64,000 bases of DNA from Podarcis liolepis (Eukaryota): NCBI GenBank assembly GCA_965112155.1, contig OZ218101.1; one strand, 5' to 3'. Each line of letters starts with the position of its first letter. Position 1 is the first letter of the stretch. Below, piece by piece: positions 39,445 through 53,297 of the stretch. A program made the translations under genes and the position numbers. The notes beneath the pieces are model-generated. The model ran no database searches. It saw nothing but the letters and a program-made list of their open reading frames with translations, and had not been told where the DNA came from.

Positions 39445-41284
39445 GATCGACTTCCGGGTTGACGCGATCTGGAAATGGCGGATTCCCTCCGAGCTCCGGA
39501 GGGAATCGGCTCCACTGAGGATGGGTCTTTGCCGCGCCGGCGACGCGGGGACCCTTAAAAACCGCAGGCGCGGAAGCCTGCGGACTGAAGACTCGGCGGG
39601 TGCCTTAAGCGCCCCCCCTGATTCGCAAAGAGCCTTTTTAAAGGCTGCGGAGGGGATACGGGGGTGGCGTGGCACTGAGAGTCGATCGCTACCTCGGTGG
39701 AGCGAAGCCGCGAGCCATAACCAGAGAGCGCCGACTTCCTTCCTTGAAAATCTGGATTGAAAGAACTACCCGTGAGTAAGACGGATTGGGACTTTAAAAA
39801 TTTTTACCCTGAATTAGAGACGACCGGGGGGTGTGCTAAAAGGAAGTCCGCACCCCCCCCCCCCCTTGCAGAAGATCTAAGCAACGACATAAGAGCTAAG
39901 CTGGAGAGCCTACCCTTGGTGGGGTGAGTTAAAAAGGACATTAACTTTCAAGATTTTGCTAAGGGAAATCTTATGCTGGAGAGTGGAGTTTCAGAAGCCT
40001 TCTTTTTGTTTTAAACTACCCCCCCTCCCGGGCTCGGGAACGTCCTGCCTTTGTGCCTGTGTAAGAGCCGCGGAGTTTGACAGCTGTCAAAGCTGTCAAA
40101 CGGGCAATTTAAAGCGGAAAATTGTTGTTTAAGATCCCTTTGGACTAAGACAAGCTACAATTGAATCAAAATTGTTGGAAACAAAGTGATAATAAGAAGC
40201 TAAAGGGTTGTTGAGCAAAAGATTAATAAGTAACCAGATTCCCCCTAGGGGGAACTCTGTGAAATTACAATGGATACAATGGCTGTGGATGGAAAGTTAC
40301 TAGCCGAAATCGAAAGGATGTTTCAGTTGGTGGGAACCTTACAAGAGCAGAGCTTGGCCATGAATAAACAACTTGTGACTATGACCTTGGGAACAGGCAA
40401 CTCTGCTGTTTGTGTTGAAGACCTGAATGAGAAAGAATCCACAGCTGAAGGGGAAACAATATTTTCAGAGGTGGAAGAGACTAAACAAGAAAAAGAGAAA
40501 GTAACTTTGGGAAGCAACATCCAAAAGCTGACATCTGTGGAATATAAGCAAGGAGACTTTGAGAACACACCTACCACAAGTCTGCGAAAGATGCAGAAGA
40601 AGAAGGAGGAGGCCCTGGGACAATATGGAATACAGGAACTTAAAATAAAGAGACATGATTGGGGCCTCCGTTTGGACTTTGGTTCTGAGGATACAGGCTT
40701 TGTGGAATTTTTCCAGCAGTTGATTACAAATCTCCTTGTGGGAAGAGAATATACTTGGATGCTGAAAGAGCTTTTTCCAGACTCGACGACTGACATAAAG
40801 GGTTACCAACAAGACCGGCGGAGAGGGACTGAAAGAGATTTGAAAGCCTCGGACGTGAGAAACCCAGGCTGAGAACCTCGATTTTGGACTTTCATTGGGA
40901 AGGGACAAAAACCGGGGATGGGAGGGAGGGAAGAGGAGATTCTCAGGAACTCTCAAGACTTTAAGGTTTGGTTAATATGACTTTTAATTAGGACAAAATG
41001 AAAAATCGATGGAAGAGAACTTAAGTCCAACTTAGGAATATTAATTTTAATTACAAAAGAGGTAATAAGAAGAATAAGATGGTTAAGAGGAGAAATACCA
41101 ACTTGCTGATATAATTTTGGGAATTGGGATGCACGAGGGGGGGTGGGGGGAAGTCAGGGAACAAGGTTATGAAATGAGGATTGGCTGAATTTATACATGT
41201 CTTGTTATGTGTTATTTCTTTGTGTGTGTTTTGTTTTTATAAAAGTGGAAAACCCAATAAAAATTTTTTAAAAAAAACAAAAAA
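39445..41284 (+). mobile_element. 1.84-kb L1-mobilised non-autonomous retroelement (HAL1-like)
   Basis: Perfect 17-bp TSD CAAAATGATTCATCATA (39428-39444, 41285-41301), CpG-rich 5' end, single long sense ORF, G-rich 3' tract, AATAAA at 41256 and A-rich tail; no RT or EN motif. Confidence 0.85.
40270..40872 (+). CDS. 200-aa ORF of the HAL1-like element; N-terminal heptad/coiled-coil-like segment, possibly L1 ORF1-derived
   Basis: ATG-initiated (ACAATGG context) and uninterrupted; LLAEIERMFQLVGTLQEQSLAMNKQL heptad pattern; homology not verifiable here. Confidence 0.5.
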   Translation: MDTMAVDGKLLAEIERMFQLVGTLQEQSLAMNKQLVTMTLGTGNSAVCVEDLNEKESTAEGETIFSEVEETKQEKEKVTLGSNIQKLTSVEYKQGDFENTPTTSLRKMQKKKEEALGQYGIQELKIKRHDWGLRLDFGSEDTGFVEFFQQLITNLLVGREYTWMLKELFPDSTTDIKGYQQDRRRGTERDLKASDVRNPG

Positions 41285-43618
41285 CAAAATGATTCATCAT
41301 ATGGTCCATTCCAGTTCCTTGTACAGTATCATATCCCTTCACTTTCACAGAATACTAAGTAGAGGTTTAATATTGTGTTTTATGAGGAAAACATTTCAGC
41401 AAGCAAGGAGGGAAAATTGCACAAGAAATGTTATAAATGCTTCTCCCACTTGAGTAGCCTACTACAAAATAGTAAATTGGATCCTATATATTTCAGGTTG
41501 TGGGGGGAAATAATTACATATTCTTACATTGTATGGCTAGAGTTATGTTCTAAACTGTGAATTGAAGGAGGATAGTAGTAGCAGCAGCAGCAATTTTATT
41601 TGTTTAATTATGAGCCATAACAAAGATAAAAGACATTTAGCTCTTAATTTCCTAGCAGCCAATGTAAATAGAGGGACGCAAAATAACACAATTTCCCTTG
41701 TCTAACAGCAAAAAGCTCACAAATTCCCATGGTGTAACAATTTAAAGGAGGGTAAAAATATTCATAAAAGGTGAAAATGGTTAGACCAGGAAGACAATAG
41801 ATTGCTCAAAAACTTTGACACACATTCTCTTCAGACATTTAGCTGAATGTAATGTAAGAACCTTAAAGGTTTGGGGAGATCTTTCCTTAATTCATAAATC
41901 CCTTTTATGAGGTTTACTATTGTTGTCTTGGCCTTATTTGAATAAAGATTATGAAAGTTTAATTTCAGGGGTTATTAGAGAATGGTAAAGGAAAACAAAT
42001 CTCTTAACACTTTTGATATAGCTAGAATAGCTTGCCATGCCTTCCAGTAATGCTGGATTTTTAAGTACATTCCATTGATGGGATGATAGGTTGTTACAGG
42101 AAGTCCAGACTTCTTATAGCATCTTTTAAAGGTTATGGTTTCTTAATATGCATTCACAAGCAGTCACAATTTAGTTGCATTTAATTAATTTATTTCAATA
42201 TGCATAGTATGACATGGGGGATAGGCACCTCTAACTCTACTGAAAGAGTTTAGGAATTTTTTCTCACAAACATTTTTGCATAATATACACACATTTCTTC
42301 CCTATTATCAAAAACATCCCATATGAGGTGCTTTCATTACAGAGTTGTGATACTTTCAAAGCACTCCAAAAAGCAAAATTGTGTACCTAAAGAAGTGTGC
42401 CTTGATCATCCTAATCAAAAACTAAATACGTAATGTTGTCTTCTCCTGTCTTCTGCTGTTTCACCTTGGTCCATCTCTCTTGCATTCTTCTACCAAAATT
42501 ATTCATTCTCTCATTGCTCTGGTATTTACAGGGATGCTGTCTGTCATGTCGCTTTCAAACACTTTCAGTTTATGCAATGAAAAATATTTGATACACATCT
42601 GAACCCCGTAGTCTAGAAAAGTATCCACAAACTTACCTTAAAAACTAATTAGACAGTTAGTAATGGTAGTGACACAACTGATGCAATATACTTTGTTTCA
42701 TTCCTGATGCCTTAGTCCAAACAAAATATGATGTTTCATAGAAACATTAACTGGGCATGTTTTATTTCTAACATAAACTGTTGTGGCGGTGGCTGCACAA
42801 CCCCCAAATAGGCTAAACAGTTTTCCTTTTGGAGTTTATAGTAGCTGGGGGGATTTTCATCCTGATTGTGATGGTCCCAATCCTGACTGGGTTCCCCACC
42901 AAACTTCTTCACATTAGAAAAAGCATGCAATTAAATCAGAAGAACAGCTGTGTGTGCTGATTTTTGCAGTGCCTGGATATCAGGTGAGAGCCCCTGCCAG
43001 ATTTTATAGCTTCTGGACTAGGAGAGAGCAGAACGGTTGAAAACCCTGACAATAAGTAAATAGATGTGGCTGTACATCGCTGTGTCTCTGCAATACTCCA
43101 TAAGAGTCAACTTGGAACTTCCGCTGCCATTTGCACCTCTGAGAATATTTATTTTGCGTATCTATATCCCACTTGCTTACCAGAGTTGTCAAGACAGCTT
43201 ACAATATATTGTAATAATATTTCTGTTACTATGGCGGGAAAAGTTGTATGCAATTCCCCACCCTATCCTTCTTGGCCTGGAAATAGCTGCCCAAGCCACC
43301 AGATGTTGGTCCCTCATAGCCCTTACCTTTCCTACTGGGCTGGCGCTGTCTCCCACAGCTTCTGGATCTGAAAGCAGATGCAAGAGGCACTGGGGGAGCA
43401 AAGCCTCAGGTGTTTCAGCAGCCCAAATTAAAAATAAAAACCTTGCATCTGAAACAGTTGCAAAATAGTTCTATTGAAATGAAAACTCTGTTCTTAAGAG
43501 CTACATAGAACTATGGTACGCAAACTAACCTCCGGAGTATGTATACCTGAGGAAAGCCCATAGTACTGTAGTACCAATTCCTACGGTCTGAATACGAAAG
43601 CATGCTTTCTCAGAGGCA

Positions 43619-43800
43619 GATAGGAAGCTGCCTTACACAGAGTCAGACCATTGGTCTGTCTTGCTCAATATTATACCACGTAGAAACAGCTCTCAGGGTT
43701 TCAGACAGGAGAATTCCCCGTCCTAACTGAAGATGCTAGGGACTGAATGTAGGAAATTTTCCCTGAAAAGCAGGTGCTCTACTCCTAAACTACAGCCTTT
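43619..43800 (-). mobile_element. Squam3-like tRNA SINE
   Basis: ATAGGAAGCTGCCTTACACAGAGTCAGACCATTGGTC tail and reverse tRNA-like head. Confidence 0.7.
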
Positions 43801-44127
43801 CCATATTTCTGATTCAGTTTTCCCTCTACCTCCTTAAGAAAGTCATATTATCTAGCTCAAGAAGTACACAAGGGTGTGGCTACTTAATAGGTTTGCCTTC
43901 CTTCAGTCTCTTCATGTTCTCTACCACCCATCCCACACCCAACTTTTTTGCGCTGTATTGGACTGCAAGGGAGTAGTACCAATGTTACATCTACTTGAAG
44001 TATCCAGTCCCATCCATTCTGGGTCCCTACTTGCATACTCATAAGGCAGATCATTACTTATTTTTCACGTTCATAGCAAATACTCTCACTGACTTCCTAT
44101 TTCATGATAAACACATCACCAAAAACC

Positions 44128-44262
44128 ATGAATAGGAAACCTGTGGCTGTTCAGAAGTTGTTGGACTTCAAACCCATCATCCCCAGCAAGCATGGTCAAT
44201 GGTTAAGTATGATGGATGTTGGAGTACAACAACATCTGGAAGGTCACAAGATCCCCATCCTT
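44128..44262. mobile_element. ~130-bp palindromic hAT-like MITE
   Basis: GTTGTTGGACT...GAGTACAACAACATCTGGA inverted arms; same family as 11105-11237. Confidence 0.65.
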
Positions 44263-45374
44263 GCTGAAAAACACTCCGGCAAAGACGGTTTTTACATGTC
44301 CTCTGACCATGCTAAGAATCTTTATACTATACAGAATTCTTGCTTTCTGTGTTGTAATTTTTAATGACCTATTTGCACATATCTTTCCCAGTGGATGAAA
44401 TAAACTGAAAAGGAAAACATGGTAGAAAAGGCAGCTTAATCTGTTTTACCTGCCAATGGGAAAATTTGGTGTAAACAAGAATTTCTCTGGCAAGTGACAG
44501 CATGAACACATGGAAGTCAAAGACTGTTAACTTTGATTAAGATGCAGGTTGAAGCAGGCCTTCCATTAAAATTGCAGGAGAGTGTTAGAAGCTGAACCTG
44601 GAGAGCATTCAGCCTATAAAAAGAAGTAAGAGCTTAGGAGTTTATTAATAGTGACAAGAAGAAATCTAAGTATGGAAGGAAGGCTCTACCAGGATGAGAT
44701 ATGCTGATTCATACAGGTTAAAGATAAAGTGCAATTGGGAATAATTTGTCAAAAACAATAATAAGACTATGAATCCTAAGTATACATATTGAAAATAAAA
44801 CCGAATATGAAATTTACTGGTAAGCAAATTTAGTAAACTTAAGCTCCAATCAGGAGCCAAGTTGGGCTACTTCTCTTGCAACTAACTCTGGCTTAGAAAT
44901 CCTGGCTGCCATGAATTCATTTCAAAGGTGAGTTGTGAGAATTGCAGGATAGACACTAAAAGTAAAATAAACTCTGCTTAACCCCCGCTAACTCCTTTCC
45001 CCTTGCAACTCTCCATATCCACCATTCCCATTCATGGTTCCAGATGCAAGTTTGCTGTTCCTTACAAGCCCACTGAAAGAGAGCTATCAGGCCTCTTGAT
45101 TGAGCACCATGACCATTGATAGTTGAAAGGAATATGACTATGATATAGCTATCTCAAACTGCAAGATATTTATGAATATCTACCAAAAGAAAAACCCTAG
45201 TTCTCTTCCCATATTTTCCATCTGCAAAAAGGAAAGCAGGGTCATTTGCACATCAGTGTTACACGAAAACATCTGTAAAGGAACATCCAAACATAAGCAG
45301 TTGAATACACACAGATATCCCATGTCATAAGGGCCAGTTGTGTGGAGCACCTATGTACATTTAGCTGCGAAAAT

Positions 45375-46665
45375 GTAGTAGTAGTAGTAGTAATAATAAT
45401 AGTAATAGTAATAGTAATAATAATAATAAAAATGTATTTGTATTCCGCCTTCCAAGACTGGGCTCAGAATGGCTAACATCATAAAACCAACACAACATGC
45501 ATAAAAACATACATCAATTAATTAAAATACATCTTAAAATTAATTCAGACAAGTTAAAATCTGGGCAGGTGGCAATTATCAGGTTGGAACTGAGAGTGGT
45601 TAATACTTGCCAGGACCAACTGTTTCCACTTATCATACAAGGACCTGTGAGCAGGTTGAGGGCCTCCTTTGGGCTTGTTTTATACAAAGGAAAGTAAGTC
45701 AAACTGCATCCTGCCCAAAGGCCTAGCAGAACGGCTCTGTCTTGCAGGCCCTGCGGAAAGATGTCAAATCCCACAGGGCCCTTGTCTCTTGTGAGAGAGC
45801 ATTCCACCAGGCCGGGGCCACGGCCAAAAAGGCCCTGGCTCTGGTCGAGGCCAGTCTGATCTCTCTGGGGCCTGGAATCTTTAGGATGTTGTTATTTGCA
45901 GCCGGTAAGGTCCTCCATGGGGCATACCAGGAGAGGCAGTCCCATAGGTACGAGGGTCCTAGGCCGTATAGGGCTTTAAAGGTTAAAACCAGCACCTTAA
46001 ACCTGATCCTGTACTCCACCGGGAGCCAGTGCAGCTGATATAGCACTGAGTGAATGTGATCCCATGGCGAGGACCCCATAAGAGGTCCTCGCCACGGCAT
46101 TCTGCACCCGCTGGAGTTTCTGGGTCAGTTTCAAGGGCAGCCCCACATAGAGTGAGTTACAATCATCAAGCCTGGAGGTGACCGTCGCATGGATCACAGT
46201 GGCAAGGTCAGGGTGAGAGAGGACCAACTGCTTAGCTCGGTGGAGATGAAATAATGCCGCCTTTGTTGTAGCTATAACCTGTGCCTCCATAGAAAGGGAA
46301 GCGTCAAATATTACACCCAAACTCTTGACAGAAGGCGCTGGCACTAATTGTTCCTCCACAAGGGATGGGAGTTGGCCCTCCAACCCCATATTGTCCCAAC
46401 CCTGCCAAAGGACCTCTGCCTTCGAAGGATTTAACTTCAACCGGCTCCCACATAGCCATCCAGCCACAGCTTCCAGACATCTCATCAGTGTGTCTGGGGC
46501 CAAGTCAGGATGGCCATCCATCAACAGAAAGAGTTGGGTGTCATCAGCATACTGATGGCAACCCAAACCAAAATTCTGGACAAGCTGGAGCATAAAGATG
46601 TCGAAAAGCATCAGGGAGAGAATTGCGCCATGCAGTACTCCACACACCAAGGAGTAGCGCGATGG
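45375..46665 (-). mobile_element. L2 LINE fragment (RT C-terminal part, 3' UTR, TAA/TAG tail)
   Basis: ORFs 45997-46773 (HQYADDTQL, LKLNPSKAEVL, TSRLDDCNSLY) and 45723-46100 (LHWLPVEYRIRFK) in different frames; (TAG/TAA)n at 45375-45428. Confidence 0.9.
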
Positions 46666-49600
46666 CAGCTCCTCCCCCCCCCCCCGGCGTGCTGCCATGT
46701 AGGTGGTAGGAATGTCTTTCAGTATGAAATGGGGATAAAATGAACCCATGAAAGTAACAAAATGATTCTTCAATCCCTAATAGATATCCCTTTACAAATG
46801 TTTGGGTTGAGTTTGAAGAAGTTGACAGGTGGGGCAGGTGGCAGAAATAGGACCTGCGGTGAATTCACATTCATCCTTATCCACATGTACACTCTACTTG
46901 TGTCTGAAAAGAGTTACTATCTCTAGGTAGTCAAGCTGTCAGTAGACTTGAATAGCTTCATTATTGTGAAGAAATGAAATATGATGCACCTTGAAGTAAT
47001 CCATTAATAGAAAAACAGTTTTTAAAAGTCTATAGATAGCTATTGATGAGTATCTCTGCAAACTATATTAGCCAACTTAACAAAAAAGAACAGCTTCACT
47101 GAAATTACAGATGTTTCAATTAGTTAGCTTTCTATTTATAACACCTTTAAAACTGCTGACAATATCTGAATGGATATCATTAGACAAATGATATCTTCAG
47201 ATGCATTATTCTCCCTCTCTCTCTCCCCTTCTCCCTCCCTCTATCTTTCCCCTTTCTTATTTTTAAAATAATCTTACATCTTCTAGCCAAAGGCGCTTGT
47301 CTATATGGCTGGACAGGTAGCCCATTTAATTAAACCTGCATTGAACATGCTGTGTTTGCTGTTGATAGGCATGGGTAAGACAAAGACAAATGCCAACTCA
47401 GCAGATATTGCTATTCAGAATTGTTTTTAAACATCTTTAATCTCTCATTCAGATCACATAGTATCTTTGATTTGTCTTCCTCCTTCATCCCCTCCCAACA
47501 CTCATCAGTTCAAAACTGCTTTATCTGGAGTGGTTGGTGAGCAAAGTGGGAATCTATGCAGCCTATCCATCACTTTTTCTCTTAATTGAATGACACCAGA
47601 ATTAGATCGATAAAATGAAACATGAGACAACTTTGCATTTCCACACTCACTTATTCTCCCTTCTCTATTACTCCCAGCCATCATCGTGACCAGAAACACT
47701 AAGCATGGCATTTGAACACTGTTGCCAAGCACACAAGCTGTTAGTATATGAATAAAATTGCCAGGAAAACAATAACACTTTTACATTAGAAGAGGCCAAG
47801 AAGTCAATGCAAACAACATTAGCTATGCCCATTCTGAAGGGTTATGTTACTGACAAAAAAGAGAACCCACAAATTCTGTTGCTTCCAGAGTAACTCCACC
47901 CATTCCCACCTCCCTTTCCCAATTCCTTTCCAGCTGTGTCTGATTGTGTGACAAGTCGCTGATATGACCTCTCTGCTCAATTCTGCAAGTTTCACAATAA
48001 ATCCAGACCAGCTGTGATTTCCTTGTATACAAGGTTCCTAAGCTCTCCAATGCATTATTGATAACCTCATCAATGTGCAAAATGCAAAGGCTGACACAGT
48101 TATAATCCAGCCTTTTCTTGAAAAGCTTTAGCGTTACCAAGCGAATCAACAACAAAAAAAGGAGAGAAGACAACTAAAAGTGGGCATTTTGGTCAATTGC
48201 ACTCGTAGTTTTTTTCCATCTGGTCAATATGATATGCTGGTTCCCCCTTCTCCTATCCTTTTCAACATTATTTTGCATTTTTCCACTGTGGCCATATTTT
48301 TATTAATCTCACTGTGTATGCAGGAATTATTCACTCTGAAACTATATATTTATATAAATATAAAAATATTATGCTGCCTTTAACTATTACCCCAATTATT
48401 TATTTCAGATTTTCAGATAAGTATACATAAATCGATGGCTAGCCAACCAGCTCAAACATACTTAAGAAAAAATGTTTAGTATGGGAACAGCAAGTAAGAT
48501 TTCTTCTGACATGCAAATATTTTGCTACCAAAGTAACATGGAGTTGGTTCTTAGCACAAGTGATCAAGTAGGAGTTAAACTGCACACTATATTAAGTGTG
48601 CTTACACCTCACCACTGCCCTTTTCCAGCAAAAGCAATCAAAGTGGGCACTAGTCGAGACTGGGCACAGCACAGGGAAGGTTAGGAGTGAAGGAGGTTTA
48701 ACCCTTTCTACTTCACACTGCTTTCCAACTGAGTCTTGTCCTGACAGCTGCAAACAGCACCTGCAGGGGGAAACAGATCAAAAAGTGATCTGCTTCTAGC
48801 ACCTTTGTTCAACACTCATTTGGGATACCATTGCCAGGAATGACAGTTGGGTTACTATGACATTTCTCTCTTCCATCACTTTGCATTTATAAAGGTAAGG
48901 ATGCACTTTGATAGGCAGAGTTCCACAAATATGGAGATTAGGTGTTGATTAGTGGGAGCTAGTTATTTCCCAGGGGCAATATGAAGTTGAAATTGTAAAT
49001 GACCTTTTACCAGCTCAATCAGATCCTTTCTTCTTAACAAAGTACAGAAAAATGAATTAGCTATCAACTTTTCCAGTTTTCTAATTTATAAACAGCTAGA
49101 ACAACTGTCACAGTTGCATGCACGATAAATACTTTTCTCTGTTACGTTTCCCCCCCAGTACCAGAATAATATGTTGACAACAATGAGAAAGTAAGATGAT
49201 TTAAGTGATTGTCTTCTCATCTGCATCACACAGTATTGTCACTTAAATAAATCAGTTTTTGACAATAGATGTTTTCATGTTGGAAAATATTTTTAATAAT
49301 ACAGAACTTTTGCTTTAAGCCTAGCAATAAAATACAGACTTTAACAAAACAGATATATTCAAGTTAAACTTTTTAAGAAGTTGGAAAACAGCATTAGGTT
49401 GGATCAAATCAAACACGTATCTAATATGGCAGATTTCGACCCCCCACCCCAAACCAGGACCAGCCAGCTCCATTTGGGAGATCCATCTACAAGGGGCATC
49501 ATGACAATGGTGGGAGGCGTAAGCTACCTCTGAACATAGTACTTTTGTTCAGCTATAATGGTCAAAATTCATATCAATGTGCACTTGAGTCACATGAGTT

Positions 49601-49819
49601 ATGTGTCATTGATGCAGTGTTGGTGATGGGTGTATGTTTATATGCACCAGTTCTCCTGTTATGGTCCTCAGGAACTTTTAAAATGGGCAGACAATGCATA
49701 ATGTCACCTGTGCAGTTCTGAAGTGCCATGCCTGAATCAGAGTCAAATTCCCCCACCCAGTGTCAGGAGGAAAAGAAGCAAGAACAGCAGAGGAGCTGTG
49801 GATCATGCAGAGCATCAAC

Positions 49820-49963
49820 TTTACATGCAAAACATTCCTGACTTCTCCTGGTAGGGCTAGGAAAAGACTTCACTCTGAAACCCTGGAGAGCTGCTGCCAG
49901 TCAGTGTCAACAAAACTGAACTATTTTGACCTGGTGTGGCATAAGGCTGTTTCCTGTGTTCCT
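49820..49963 (+). mobile_element. Squam3-like SINE, degenerate
   Basis: CTGAAACCCTGGAGAGCTGCTGCCAGTCAGTGT...ATAAGGCTGTTTCCT is the sense form of the copies at 6405, 39243 and 43619. Confidence 0.6.
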
Positions 49964-52900
49964 ATAAAACAAATAAAAGCCTGTATAAGAACTATAAATT
50001 CTAAAAGAAAATGGGAATTGTCATCTATAATAAAGTTGGAGTGGAAAATCCACCCTACAAACTTATATGCAAAATTAGTAAGTCTGAACGGGGAAAACAT
50101 AGAAGGGCAGGAGGCAGCTGGTAAAAACCAAGCAAATATTAGATAATGACTTTTTGCTATTGAAGTCTCCTCAGGGTAAACAACTGGTAGTGCCAAAGAA
50201 ATTCAGTGATATGATGTGTAAAAGTAGATAATCTGTACCATAGGTTGGTCACCTGATTCAGAATAAGATTGCATGGTATTTGTCAGTATTCTGCACCGAG
50301 AAGTAAAAACAAAACAAACTTTCACTAGGGTACAAAGAAAAAAAAATCATTGCAAATCTATTCTTTGTTTGTTAAGTATTGTTACTTAGTTTATATAATA
50401 ATGCCATCATTTTGATTATTTGTTTTAAAGTATACTATTTTAAAAGGGACATACTTAAAAGGTTTCCATTTATTAGTATCAGTATTTATTTTGTTACTAT
50501 TTTATGACAATAAAGCAATGAGGCAGTCATTTCAACAATTATTGCTAATGACACAAATAGTGCAATTAATTTTGGGGAAGTTGCTTCTATTTTCTTTTTT
50601 AGAAGCAACTACTTTCAAATTAATTGTGGGAACTGATTAATTAACACCCTTTGCCATCTCTTACTTTCCAGATCCTACCAGTTTGTGAAATGTTAAAGCC
50701 ATATTTCCTCGAAGATAACTGGAAAATCCTGCTGATTGGATTTGCATGAAACAAATGCATATCACATTTTGAGTCAAGTTGGGGTTTTTTAAGAAGCAAA
50801 ATGTTACATGAAAAAGAAATGAATATGGGGAAAGCTGTACCTACTGCAGAAGGATCAAAGCTATACCATTCATTACATAACCTATGGGGAAATTTTGGAT
50901 GATGAAATTATTGTGGGAAAAGATCTATGCACAATTTGTTCAAAATTTGCTGAACATCAAAGCCATGAATCCCGATTAGGGATATAAATTGTACACCCAC
51001 CCCATTCTCTTTTTTTACTTATTTACTTGGTCATTTGGGAGGGGGATGAATACTTCTTCGTCCTATTCTTGTTCTGATCCCGGACGGTTTTCTTCACACT
51101 GATTAAATGCAATATCACTAACTGTCAGGGGTGGAAAGCAACGTCAGCTCAGATGTCTCCACAACGGCATTGCCTCATGCACTCTTTCTGCCCTGGCTTT
51201 GCCTGTTTCTGGCTTAGTAGCACAAGGTCATTCAAGCTTACTCAACATTTTAATTGGCACAACTACTCAGCAGCAAACCCTCACACAAGTGCCAGCCTCC
51301 TCCTCCTCATCCCCAAACCCACAGGAGTAAAGCACACAATCGGCAGAGCGCTTCCACAAGCCTGCCACACACGTCCACCTTTGTACCAGGTTCAGCATCC
51401 TTGCCTTCAGCCAGACATTTGTCTCATTATGCAGATTCAATCACATTTTGATTTAAACAAAAACATATTATAGCAATCCATATCGGCTATTTGCATGGCT
51501 TGTGTTTTCATAATGGCACGAAGGCCTATTAATAAAACCTACTTGACTGAGAAAATATTTGAAGAGCTCTGCCAAAGCCTACCACGGCAGCAACTTTGAA
51601 ATTTCCATATCAAATTATAAACTTTGAATGCCTGAAGCACAAATAAACATTCTAAAGGCTTTTAGCCACAAGGAGATAAGATCTCTCTCTGGGGAGAGTG
51701 CCTCCAAACTGCTCCATTGCCTTTGTGCAGACTACTGGAATGTGCTTGCTTTTCATTTCTTTCTTTGTGTCTGGCTCTCAGGCCTCACAGGCAGTGTCTT
51801 AAGCCAGGCAGGGTCAGTGCAAACAGAGAGCAGCATTCATGGACAGATCAAGTTTATGTGAGAATCTGCTCCTCCTGTGCCCTCAATTTCCATTTGAATT
51901 GTTAATAAAATCTCAGCCTGAAAAGCACATGATCCCATCAGTGGAGAAGTCATGCAGAGAATCCTCCAGCTCAGAAAAACAAAATTTCTTTATCTTTCTC
52001 TCTCTCTCTCTCTTTTTAGGCACCCCTCTCCCGCATTCATGGAAATTATGCCATCTAACCTTTCCTACTCCTTAGCATGCCCAACCCCATCATCATACCA
52101 CCTGATAGCCGGTGAGGAGTTCGCCTTTAAAAACAACAACTAGACGAAGAAAACAGCAAACACAAAAGAAAGCATTTAGAGAGCAACAAAGAAACTAGAA
52201 TAGCAAACACTTCACCTTTCTCAGACGTTACTGCTGTGGACATCATTCGGCAAACAGAAAACACTTTTCACATTTTTACATGAATTCTGAACAGCTGATA
52301 AAACTGCATGGAAGAAATTCCCATTGCTTTCTGACACTAGGTGTCAGAAACTATGGATCCACAAAGATAATGCAAGGTCACGTATAAAGCAAAGAAAAAG
52401 GCCACCGCGCAATTAACTTGGTTGCCTGGTGCAAATACTGTGCAGGAACAAGAGCCATTCTTTGCTTTACGTAGCGGACATGCTTCTTCCTAACCTTGCC
52501 ACGAACTAACTGGGCCTCTTGTTTCTTCTGGCTTTGCTCCTTGCAAACTGTTTGAATATATTGAACGCTTTTCAGAGGGATGGGCTGATGAACGAAAACA
52601 TGAATTCCCTCTTACCCCTTAATAAGGGTTAAAGGGGGTGCCAGTGATCAATTGCAGAACAAAAGGAGAGTGACTGAAGATTCTAAACAATATACTTTGA
52701 GCCTGGCTTTCTAAATTGCATTCTCCATCTCCATCTTAAAATAGCTCTCAGTTTAAGGAGAAAATGTAACTCAAGTAACTAGTGCATAAAATATGCATGA
52801 CAGCCACTAGGTTTCCTTCGAATTATGAAATAGTCTTCATGGAACATTCCAGCTGTGAATGAAGTATACACATGATAGGCTATGTTTTCATATATGTTTC

Positions 52901-53139
52901 CATATTAAATGTTCAAATCTGGTTGCATTAGGCACTCATATGAAAATTATTTCAGATCTACTCTTAGTACCTTATCTGCAAGTAATTCCTAACCATGAAG
53001 GTTGCCTTACTTCCAAAACAGTCTTAGATCTTGAACTGCTTTATGAACAGTTCTAAGGCTAGAACTGCAGTTCCAAGGCTAGAACAAAGAATATTGGGAA
53101 AGGTTTCGGGAAGCCTGGCTAACATTTATTATTTTAATT

Positions 53140-53297
53140 ATTTAGTCTTTTACATTTATACACCATCTACCATGTAGCTCAAGGTGATGGACATGTGATT
53201 CTCAAGCAGCCACACACATCTATGCAATGACCAGATCCAATTCTGCTTAGCTTCCGCAAGGTGGTGGCCTAATGTGCCTTTAGAACATGCCCTGGGA
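53140..53297 (-). mobile_element. 5S-derived SINE
   Basis: CTGCTTAGCTTCC and GGTGGCCT..TGTGCCTT are the reverse complement of the 19785-19950 copy; a weaker copy lies at about 58975-59120. Confidence 0.6.
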
